NCBI GenBank assembly: GCA_017467705.1
Contig: JAFUSC010000016.1
Span: 1,861 to 65,860, forward strand
Direction: 5' to 3'
Length of the DNA: 64,000 bases
DNA from: Prevotella sp.
GTDB lineage: Bacteria; Bacteroidota; Bacteroidia; Bacteroidales; Bacteroidaceae
Part shown: piece by piece, positions 28,801 through 35,818 of the stretch
How positions within the stretch are numbered: position 1 is the stretch's first letter
How the letters are laid out: every line of letters begins with the position of its first letter
Notes under the pieces: model-generated
What the model was told of the DNA's origin: nothing
Database searches by the model: none
Seen by the model: only the letters and a program-made list of their open reading frames with translations
Translations under genes and position numbers: made by a program

Positions 28801-29249
28801 AGCGAGAAGGTCTGTTGGCGTGTCAGCGAAAACTGGTTCTGGCGATATTTCTGCTTGGAGATATCGCTGTCGGCGGCTGACGGTTTTGGGAAAAATAGTT
28901 TTAGCTTGATGTTGTCAATGTCTAATCCTTCGCGCAACACCTTGATCACCCCAAAGGTCTCTATCTCCTTCGACAGCAGTCGGGGCAATTCTGTGTGCAG
29001 GTCCTTCCCCTTGTGCTCTTTCAGCACGTCGCCTTGCGTCTGCTCCAAGAACGACCACAGGCGGCGCAAGTCCAGAGCATATTTCTTGTCCATGTCCTTG
29101 GGCAGTCCCCAATAATAGTGACCGTCGCCGGGTTGCTGGGCTTCCACGTCTGTCAGCCCTGCCGCCTCGCGCTCTTCCCGTGTCGTGCCGACAAGTGCTT
29201 TTTCTATCTGCCACTCAAAGGCCTGTTCGTTTGTCTTGCTGAAACTCAT
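25875..29249 (-). CDS. hsdR: Type I restriction enzyme R subunit
   Basis: Nuclease motif DMVLYVNGIPLFTFELKN, Walker A HSAGSGKS, IIDEAHSSQ, FTATP, TGFDQP, QALSRLNR. Confidence 0.95.
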   Translation of the reverse strand: MSFSKTNEQAFEWQIEKALVGTTREEREAAGLTDVEAQQPGDGHYYWGLPKDMDKKYALDLRRLWSFLEQTQGDVLKEHKGKDLHTELPRLLSKEIETFGVIKVLREGLDIDNIKLKLFFPKPSAADSDISKQKYRQNQFSLTRQQTFSLSHPGEELDMVLYVNGIPLFTFELKNPWTHQTAKYDGQEQYRSKMRDPKDTLLSYGRCLAHFAVDKNDVFFTTRLALDKTYFMPFNKGLPLGQGAGNPVSPDGYKTAYLWEQVLQKDTVADIIMNYVLFDYGEAKTQKKVPHIMKNAKKLIFPRYHQLDVVTKLEEDAARVGVGKTYLIEHSAGSGKSNSLTWLAFKLIKTCPQSMDAVRAKALDEALFNSVIVVTDRKLLDKQITDNIKAFGQSDKIVAHADCADSGSNPNKTGLKQAIEQGKRIIITTIQKFPFMCNAISDVSDHNFAIIIDEAHSSQSGIAADSVNKAVQRNEDEVEETDDLIMKLMKDRKMSSNCSYFAFTATPKKETLERFGTQHSDGKFYPFHLYSMKQAIEEGFILNVLSNYTTYRSYYELTKSIEDNPQYNNDKAQKMLRRLVERDPKTIKAKAEVMLDHFDAKIYRNHKLKGQAKAMVVTKDIECAICYYNELQAIAKERKLPYGILIAFSGTKTIKGVDYTEAGINGFPETKTAEEFEKDENRILVVANKYLTGFDQPKLCAMYIDKPLDGVLAVQALSRLNRAAPELNKLSEDLFIMDFYNSTDSMKEAFDPFFTMTTLSGATDVNVLHQLKTAMLQMGVFDMDEVNEFVELYIHGAEASEWAPILDAAVERFDQEIEWADNGKADFKMKCKQFVRVYSRVAAILDYEVADWEKLFWYLRYLIPELHVDSTGEEIKDLLDYVDLNTYGLRRTALNETIGLDAGETAVDPNKPVMVNAGNNEEEPKSPLDVILEEFNERWFKGWDASPDDQKAKLFSITKAVAENKDYQQLVVGNPDQEAVNKLMRKIIDGIVRKKRSADMSLYREYQQNEGFKEDFCNIIIRMVSDTTSMVLLELRKLQHVEDDRDVRNLIFDRLHMDAGISDGELQVEVIKKFGERYPGMSQNDWRHIIEAYTPMVRETSKHKAKEMPMQSGRLDMAAEDFKE

Positions 29250-29254
29250 ATCTC

Positions 29255-30124
29255 TTAATCGGTTTGTTCATAATAATAGGAATAGTCAATGCCCTTCATG
29301 AAAATCTCGCGGTCGTCGATGCGGTCAGTCAAAGCGTGCTTTAGTAATTTGCGAATCCTGCTACTATCTGTACTATGGGTTGCTATCATCGCATCAAGGT
29401 ATTCACGTTTGTCTATCTTGCTCCAATCCACGCATAGTTTCAGCCGTTTCTTGAAAATCATGTCGAGCCAGATGCGCGTACTGCGCCCGTTGCCTTCCAT
29501 AAATGGATGGGCTGCGTTCATTTCAACATACTTATCTACAATCTCATCAAAGGTAGTTTCAGGCATTGCCTCCACATTCTTTAGGTAGCCGTGCAGGTGC
29601 TCTGCCAGACAGAACAGGGTATTGCCCTTCGCAATTGTTTTCGTACGTATCTTGCCTGCGAAATCATAGAGCCCGCCAAACAGATAAGCATGGATTTGCT
29701 GCAAGGCCTTCACTGTGCCCACGTCCTTGTCAGCAACGAGGTTGCTTTCCCATAGGGTGTAGGCTTTCTTCCGACTCTTTCCGTCTATGGTGTTGTCGCT
29801 GTAGGTGAACCAATCAAGGAATTCTGCCGTTTTCTTACTGGGAATGACCTTTACCACTTCTATTATGTCATCTTGTGAGAAGCAGTCGGTGGCATATTTC
29901 TTGCCGTCAGCAGAAGAGAGCTTCAGTTGACTACATTTTGTAGTCAACTCGTTGTTCTCTTTCTTCAATCTTGTTTTCAGCACGCTCCAATACTTTCGTG
30001 GATTGGGACTTTCCGTTATTGCCCCAACAATATCAACCACGGAGAACCACCATTTGGACTGTTCTTCATCCCAAATGGCCCTGACCTTATGGTCTTTATA
30101 GAATCTGAATGATTGTTTGCTCAT
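29255..30124 (-). CDS. Bro-N-like domain fused to a class III-like Fic domain
   Basis: N-terminal VRAIWDEEQSKWWFSVVDIV...PRKYWSVLKTRL...ADGKKY (Bro-N-like), Fic motif HPFMEGNGRSTR, C-terminal GIDYSYYYEQ resembling the inhibitory helix of NmFic. Confidence 0.88.
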   Translation of the reverse strand: MSKQSFRFYKDHKVRAIWDEEQSKWWFSVVDIVGAITESPNPRKYWSVLKTRLKKENNELTTKCSQLKLSSADGKKYATDCFSQDDIIEVVKVIPSKKTAEFLDWFTYSDNTIDGKSRKKAYTLWESNLVADKDVGTVKALQQIHAYLFGGLYDFAGKIRTKTIAKGNTLFCLAEHLHGYLKNVEAMPETTFDEIVDKYVEMNAAHPFMEGNGRSTRIWLDMIFKKRLKLCVDWSKIDKREYLDAMIATHSTDSSRIRKLLKHALTDRIDDREIFMKGIDYSYYYEQTD

Positions 30125-31338
30125 ACCACTTCCACTTTTCCTGTTACTACATCGTTGATGATAATCTGCTTGCGCTCCTGGAGGAGGGAAATTTGCTTCT
30201 CAGATTGGTTAATAGCATTATCAATTTTGGCAGTCCTCTTTGAAAGACAATCCACAATCGCCATCTGTTCTCTTAAAGGAGGTATTGGCAGTTTTACAGA
30301 ATTCAAATTCGCTTGACTTAATTTCGGCTGTGCCGAACCCGTTATGAACAATGTGTAATCAGCCGCTTCCATCACATAGGCCATAAAATCATAGTCATCT
30401 CGAATAGGTTTCAAAATATGGGCATGATTATTTACCCAGAATTTTCCTTCGGCCTTGTAGATAAGTGGCAAATTCCTAAGCAATAGATTGGCTCCATCCT
30501 CGCCAATGAGAAGTACTTTGTCATCTACATTATAAAAGTCTATCTTGTCAATGACACCTGATGCTCCATAATAATCATATTGAGGATTATTACGAGATCT
30601 TTGGTCGGCAGTAATTGGCATTCTCAATTTGTCAAGATTAAAAAATAAATGTCGATACTGCATTAGTTTCCAATGTTCAGGAATCTCCCCAATCCAATCC
30701 ACGCCGCTGGGTTTCATTTTGACGTTGGGGTCGAGACCTTTAGTGACAGCATTATTGATGATGATTTGCTTGCGTTCATTCAGCAGGTCTATCATTTTCT
30801 GCTGCTGGGCTATGGCAGCGTCAATCTTTGAGGTGGCGGCATCAAGGTAATTGGCGATTGTATTCTGCTCATTTGCTTTAGGGAATGCAAAAGGCAGATT
30901 AAGAATATATCCAATATCAGCTCTTGGCATTTTTGCACCATAGGTTGAAGCATCTACGGTGTTTATGAATACTTTAGAAAGCAACACATATTGAAAATAT
31001 TTCGGACAAGGAACATTAGTGAAGACAATGAATTCACTTGAACATGCGGCTTTTTCCTTGACTATCATAGCCTTTGCTAAATAGGGGCGAAGCTTCCCAA
31101 AAAGTACATCATAAGGGTTGCATTCTATTGCCTGCTCTTTATCATATTCGCCGTCCGTTTCAATCCATCGTCCAGTAAAACTCTCAACGTTTTCAAGACC
31201 TATATATTTTGTTGAAGCATCATTGGCCTTCTTTCTTGAAGATGAAACATAATATTTTAGTTTGACACACTCCCAATGACTCGGAATCTCCCCGAGCCAT
31301 TTCACGCCACTGTCTTTATATGAGTCGTATCGCTTCAT
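30121..31338 (-). CDS. hsdS: Type I restriction-modification specificity subunit
   Basis: Duplicated conserved blocks SGVKWLGEIPSHW and SGVDWIGEIPEHW, two variable TRDs, PPLREQ, VVTGK. Visibly AT-rich. Confidence 0.95.
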   Translation of the reverse strand: MKRYDSYKDSGVKWLGEIPSHWECVKLKYYVSSSRKKANDASTKYIGLENVESFTGRWIETDGEYDKEQAIECNPYDVLFGKLRPYLAKAMIVKEKAACSSEFIVFTNVPCPKYFQYVLLSKVFINTVDASTYGAKMPRADIGYILNLPFAFPKANEQNTIANYLDAATSKIDAAIAQQQKMIDLLNERKQIIINNAVTKGLDPNVKMKPSGVDWIGEIPEHWKLMQYRHLFFNLDKLRMPITADQRSRNNPQYDYYGASGVIDKIDFYNVDDKVLLIGEDGANLLLRNLPLIYKAEGKFWVNNHAHILKPIRDDYDFMAYVMEAADYTLFITGSAQPKLSQANLNSVKLPIPPLREQMAIVDCLSKRTAKIDNAINQSEKQISLLQERKQIIINDVVTGKVEVV

Positions 31339-31365
31339 GCTTTAATCTTATTGTTTACACCGAAC

Positions 31366-31397
31366 TTATCCTGCACTTTATCCTGCACTTTATCCTG
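31366..31397 (-). repeat. 12-bp tandem repeat in the fic-hsdS spacer (reads QDKV-QDKV-QDK)
   Basis: TTATCCTGCACT x2 followed by TTATCCTG. Confidence 0.8.
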
Positions 31398-31401
31398 TGG
31401 T

Positions 31402-32427
31402 TTATGCATTTACAATTTCCCAATGTCCTCCTTTTGTCCCTACACGTAGCAACAAGCCTTGCTGTTTCATTGCAGAGAGGATTCTTTCACATTGACGTTT
31501 GGTCACACCAAGTATTTCGGCTAATTGGGGAGTGGTGATGGTTGGCGTATTGCGTATCACATTCAGAATCTTCTTCTCTCGATTACCGACATTATTACCG
31601 ACGTTATTACCGACATTTCCCCCGACGTTATTACCGACATTCTTCAGTTCTTCCCCTTGATGCGCTTTAAGGGTTTTGTAGATTTCTCTTAGCATAAAGT
31701 CGATGAAAGGCCCGGACTGGCCGGCGTTGGTACTGGCCGTGATAGCATCATAGTAAGCCTGCTGATTAGCATATACCATATTCTCCACTGGCAGATGCTC
31801 GAACAGCGGATGTAGTTTGCCGAGTATCAGCGACTGCCAAAGGCGACCCGTACGGCCATTGCCATCAATAAAGGGGTGGATGAACTCGAACTCGTAGTGG
31901 AAAACGCAAGAGCGGATGAGCAGATGATCCTTGGCGTTCTTGAGCCAGTTGAAGAGGTCGCCCATCAGCATCGGCACCCTGTCGGCCGGTGGTGCCAGAT
32001 GAACCAAGCCTTTCTCGCCGAACACGCCGACGCCACCACGACGATAGCGGCCTGCATCGTCAACCAATGCCTGCATCATCACGCTATGCGCTTTCAAGAG
32101 GTCTTTCTCTTTAAAAGCATCCAACGAAGGATAAAGCTCGTAGGTGGCAATGGCGTTCTTCACCTCCTGTATCTGACGGATGGGAGCCACGACGGTCTTT
32201 CCGTCAAGAATATCGCGCACCTGACCTTCGCTCAGCGTGTTGCCTTCGATAGCCAGCGACGAGTGGATGGTCTTGATGCGGTTGGCCTTGCGCAGTCGCA
32301 GGCCGTCCTCTTGCTCCAGACGGATGGCATAACGCTCTATCTGACCGGATATTTCGGCTATCAGGTTAATAGCCTCGGCACTCACCGTGAATGGTGGTAC
32401 GTATGTGGGTTCTGCTTTTTTTGCCAT
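31402..32427 (-). CDS. Class II-like Fic protein with C-terminal HTH
   Basis: Inhibitory motif SSLAIEGN, Fic motif HPFIDGNGRTGR, NVG[NG] x5 linker, HTH-like TTPQLAEILGVTKRQCER. Start placed at ATG 32427, 7 bp after the hsdM stop. Confidence 0.92.
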   Translation of the reverse strand: MAKKAEPTYVPPFTVSAEAINLIAEISGQIERYAIRLEQEDGLRLRKANRIKTIHSSLAIEGNTLSEGQVRDILDGKTVVAPIRQIQEVKNAIATYELYPSLDAFKEKDLLKAHSVMMQALVDDAGRYRRGGVGVFGEKGLVHLAPPADRVPMLMGDLFNWLKNAKDHLLIRSCVFHYEFEFIHPFIDGNGRTGRLWQSLILGKLHPLFEHLPVENMVYANQQAYYDAITASTNAGQSGPFIDFMLREIYKTLKAHQGEELKNVGNNVGGNVGNNVGNNVGNREKKILNVIRNTPTITTPQLAEILGVTKRQCERILSAMKQQGLLLRVGTKGGHWEIVNA

Positions 32428-32434
32428 AGTTCTT

Positions 32435-34756
32435 TTACAGATTATCAAAGAGTGACTGAATGAAGCCCTGGCTCTGAGCATCGAGCTGGCGGATGTCACG
32501 TTCGTTCTCTTCGAGGGTGCGCAGCGGGGCGGGCTTGTAGAAATACTTGTTGAACGAAATCTCGCAACCGATCTTCGTCTGTGGCAGGCTGATCCATGCG
32601 TCAGCCACGTAGGGGCGGACCTCGTGCAGGAAGTACTCATAGATGTCTTCCTTGACGGGAATCTTCTCCGTGTCGCGCAGGTCGCTGTCAGGCTCGTACT
32701 CCACGTGGGTGCCTTTGCCGGTTGGTGTATAGCCGTAATCAGCCAGCAGCGAATCGTTAATACCATACACATCGGCCAGCGCAGTCAGGTCGCCGCTGCT
32801 GGCTTTGTGCTCTTTCTTAATGACTGGAGCAGCCTCCGGGTCTGTTTCGCTCATGGTGCGGGCAACAGTTTTCAGTTGGGCGGCTGTTGCCCCTAACTTT
32901 TGCTCCTTGTTGGCCTTCTCCATCTTGTCAGCAAACACGTTGTAGTCCATATAGACATCGGTGCCAATAACTTTCATCAGGCTTTGAGCCGTCTGCATCA
33001 GGTCGCGGCGGGCCTTCCACTCCTTTATGCTGATGAGTTTCTGTAGTTTCTTGTCCGTCAGCTTGATGTCGTTGTCGTTCAGATATTTCTTGATGGCGGG
33101 CACCTCTTCGTCAAGCCCCTCAAACACCCGTTCGCCGTAGGTCTGATAAAGCCATTTGGAAAGTTCCGTCTCGCCTTTGTCGTAGAGCAGCTCATCTATT
33201 TTCAGTGCATTAAACTGACTGCGCAGGCGTAGGGGACGCTCAATCGTCACATTGTAATAGCGGAAGTCGTCACCATCGAAAATCTTTGAACTGACCTTCT
33301 CGCCTTCCACTTCCTTGAAATCCATGTAGGTTTTCAGAATAAGGTCTTGATAGTCGGACGTGATGGTGCAGTTGCGCGAGCCTTGGTTCTTGCGCAGCTT
33401 CTCGAAGGCTTGCGAAGCATCAATCAGTTGCACCTTGCCCTTACGCTCAGCAGGTTTCTTGTTGGTAAGAATCCAGATGTAGGTGGTGATGCCTGTATTA
33501 TAGAAGATGTTGTTAGGCAGTTGGATGATGGCATCCACCAGATCGTGCTCAATGACATAGCGGCGTATGTTACTTTCGCCACTACCGGCATCGCCCGTAA
33601 ACAGACTGCTGCCATTGTGGATGGACGCTATGCGCGAGCCTTGCGGCTGTTGGTCGAGGGGTTTCATCTTGTCTACCATCTCCAGCATGAACAGCAACTG
33701 CCCGTCGCTGGTGCGCGGGGTGCAGTCAAGCACTTCTGATTCACCGGCAAAGTTCGTTAGCGTCAACTCAAAGCGGCTGTCCAGCAACTGCTTTTCATGG
33801 TATATCTTCTCTTTGTCCGTCTTCCATGACTTGCCGTAGGGCGGATTGGTAATCTGGTAGCCGAAAGTCTGCCCTTGGAAGAAGTCTTCCGTGATGGTGT
33901 TGCCCCAGTGCATGCCGCTGGGGTCTACGCCCTTGATAATCAGGTCCGACTTGCAGATGGCGTAAGTTTCAGGGTTGATCTCCGTGCCTGAGAGCAGGAT
34001 GGCGTTCTCTGGTACGCCTATTCCCAAGAGGTATTCCCGGCCTTCCGTCAACATACCACCGCTTCCTTCAGCAGGGTCGTGCATGGAGATGGTTTTGGGC
34101 AGACGGTCCTTGATAGGCTCAAAGATGAGGCGGGCCAACAGGCGGATGGCATCACGTGGCGTGAAGTGTTCACCGGCCTCCTCGTTATTCTCTTCATTGA
34201 AACGGCGCAGCAGCTCCTCAAACACCGTTCCCATGCCGTGGTTGCTGAGGGCTGGCAACGGCAGCCCGTCAGGGTCACGCTGCTCCTTATCAGTCAGATT
34301 GATACGAGGGTCGGTGATGCGCTCAATCATCGACAGCAGACGGTCGTTGTTGGCCAGTTTCTGTGCCTTGCTGTAGTATTCAAAATTCTTCAGCACGTCA
34401 CGCACATTCTCGCTATATCCGTTCAGATACTCCACGAAGTTGTCGTAGAGCAGGTCGTTATTGTCTGATGCCTGTGACTTCAGTCGGTTCAGCGTCCAGC
34501 GGCTAGTATTGAAATAGGCCAGTCCTGTCACATCCATCAGGGCATCCTCGTCAATCTCTTCCAGCCCAAGCTCTTTCTGGTCTTTCAACTCCTGCTCCAC
34601 AGCCTCCTTCGTCGGTTCCAACAAGGCATCCAGCCGACGCAACACCACCATCGGCAGTATCACATCACGATATTGACCACGTAAGAAAACATCTCTCAGA
34701 ACATCGTCGGCGATGTTCCAGATGAGTGACACGATCTGATTATAATTCGTTTCCAT
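32435..34756 (-). CDS. hsdM: Type I restriction-modification N6-adenine methyltransferase
   Basis: AGEHFTPR, motif I DPAEGSGG, motif IV NPPY, LFTGDAGSGES, IFYNTGI. TAACTTTG promoter at 34800-34807 on the minus strand. Confidence 0.95.
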   Translation of the reverse strand: METNYNQIVSLIWNIADDVLRDVFLRGQYRDVILPMVVLRRLDALLEPTKEAVEQELKDQKELGLEEIDEDALMDVTGLAYFNTSRWTLNRLKSQASDNNDLLYDNFVEYLNGYSENVRDVLKNFEYYSKAQKLANNDRLLSMIERITDPRINLTDKEQRDPDGLPLPALSNHGMGTVFEELLRRFNEENNEEAGEHFTPRDAIRLLARLIFEPIKDRLPKTISMHDPAEGSGGMLTEGREYLLGIGVPENAILLSGTEINPETYAICKSDLIIKGVDPSGMHWGNTITEDFFQGQTFGYQITNPPYGKSWKTDKEKIYHEKQLLDSRFELTLTNFAGESEVLDCTPRTSDGQLLFMLEMVDKMKPLDQQPQGSRIASIHNGSSLFTGDAGSGESNIRRYVIEHDLVDAIIQLPNNIFYNTGITTYIWILTNKKPAERKGKVQLIDASQAFEKLRKNQGSRNCTITSDYQDLILKTYMDFKEVEGEKVSSKIFDGDDFRYYNVTIERPLRLRSQFNALKIDELLYDKGETELSKWLYQTYGERVFEGLDEEVPAIKKYLNDNDIKLTDKKLQKLISIKEWKARRDLMQTAQSLMKVIGTDVYMDYNVFADKMEKANKEQKLGATAAQLKTVARTMSETDPEAAPVIKKEHKASSGDLTALADVYGINDSLLADYGYTPTGKGTHVEYEPDSDLRDTEKIPVKEDIYEYFLHEVRPYVADAWISLPQTKIGCEISFNKYFYKPAPLRTLEENERDIRQLDAQSQGFIQSLFDNL

Positions 34757-34886
34757 CTGTTACTTTTATACCTTTATATACGTAGTGCGTAGTTTGTGAC
34801 AAAGTTAGTAATTTTTTTTGTTATTTCAGCATGATTAGCATAAAAATTTACCATGTCTGTCAAAATAATGTTGATTTCGTTCCAGC

Positions 34887-34996
34887 TTAGGTACCGCCTA
34901 AGCCAGATTTAGGTGCCGCCTAACTATGACTTAGGTGCCGCCTAACTCCCCTTTAGGTACCGCCTAACTATGACTTAGGTACCGCCTAACTCCTGC
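34887..34996. repeat. 22-bp-period array, 5 units of TTAGGTRCCGCCTAA plus a 7-bp spacer
   Basis: Spacers GCCAGAT, CTATGAC, CTCCCCT, CTATGAC, CTCCTGC. Confidence 0.93.
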
Positions 34997-35009
34997 CCAT
35001 ATAAAAACA

Positions 35010-35037
35010 ATGCCTGTTTATCGGGGTAAACAGGCAT
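35010..35037 (-). terminator. Terminator of the DUF4923-like gene
   Basis: ATGCCTGTTTA...TAAACAGGCAT stem with a U-tract on the minus strand. Confidence 0.7.
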
Positions 35038-35075
35038 CGCTTCAAGTGGTAAATACTGCGTTACTTTTTCATGCG

Positions 35076-35708
35076 TTACTTCTTCATGTCGAAGCCGAGG
35101 CGGACGCCGTCGTAGTTCTTGCTGATGTCGCCGATGGTCTTGGCGGTGTCGTTGCCGCTGAGTGTGGCGAGTGTCTGCAGCACGGTGAGCAGCTTCTTCG
35201 ACTCAAAGAGTATGGAGATGCCGCCGGCCTCACGCTTGGCGTAGCAGTTGATGTTGAGGATAAGTGCCTGCAAGGTGATCTTCGACTCCGACGTGTCGAA
35301 GGTGTACTTGCCGCTGAATGACTTGCCGGCAACGGTGGCCTTGAATGTCTTGTCGGCGTTGAACGTGATGACGGTGTTCGACGAGTTGATGCCAGCCGTC
35401 TGGTAGTAGGGGGCTATCTTCTGCTCGATCTGCGACGCAGCTACCTCGCCACCGGCTTTGGCCAGCAGGTTCTCGCTGGTAAAGGCGCAGCCCGGACTGT
35501 CGTAGGTCCAAGTACCTACCAGCTCTTGCTCAGTCAGTTTGTCGAGTCCGATGACGCTGGTGATGGTGTTAATCACTGTGCCGCCGCTGGTCACGGCGCC
35601 GATGATGCCTCCGAGAATGTCGCCACCTGACGTGCTGCCGCCTAAGCCGCCGCAGCTGATGATTGTCAGACTGGCCATTCCGATGATTCCTGAAATAACT
35701 TTCTTCAT
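35076..35708 (-). CDS. DUF4923-like lipoprotein (lipocalin-like)
   Basis: IISC lipobox, LVGTWTY..PGCAFTSENLLAKAGGE, LFESKKLL, YDGVRLGF. Confidence 0.75.
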   Translation of the reverse strand: MKKVISGIIGMASLTIISCGGLGGSTSGGDILGGIIGAVTSGGTVINTITSVIGLDKLTEQELVGTWTYDSPGCAFTSENLLAKAGGEVAASQIEQKIAPYYQTAGINSSNTVITFNADKTFKATVAGKSFSGKYTFDTSESKITLQALILNINCYAKREAGGISILFESKKLLTVLQTLATLSGNDTAKTIGDISKNYDGVRLGFDMKK

Positions 35709-35818
35709 ATTTGCTGATTGTTATAAAATGCAGGGCAAAGGTACGAAATAATGGTGAAAAACGGAAACTGTTTATGGAAATTTTAGTAATTTTGCACTTC
35801 AATTGACGAAGAATAGGT

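Noticed and set aside
30121-31338. Phase-variable (invertible) hsdS shufflon
   Set aside because: There is only one hsdS, with no silent TRD copies and no recombinase nearby.
32428-32772. 115-aa N-terminal extension of the Fic ORF, or an hsdM-fic frameshift fusion
   Set aside because: It overlaps the conserved hsdM C-terminus in another frame. A good ATG lies 7 bp after the hsdM stop and I saw no slippery site.
34887-34996. 22-bp arrays (also 15488, 48873, 52496) as CRISPR arrays
   Set aside because: Repeats are 15-17 bp, spacers are only 5-7 bp and are reused within and between loci, and there are no cas genes in the window.
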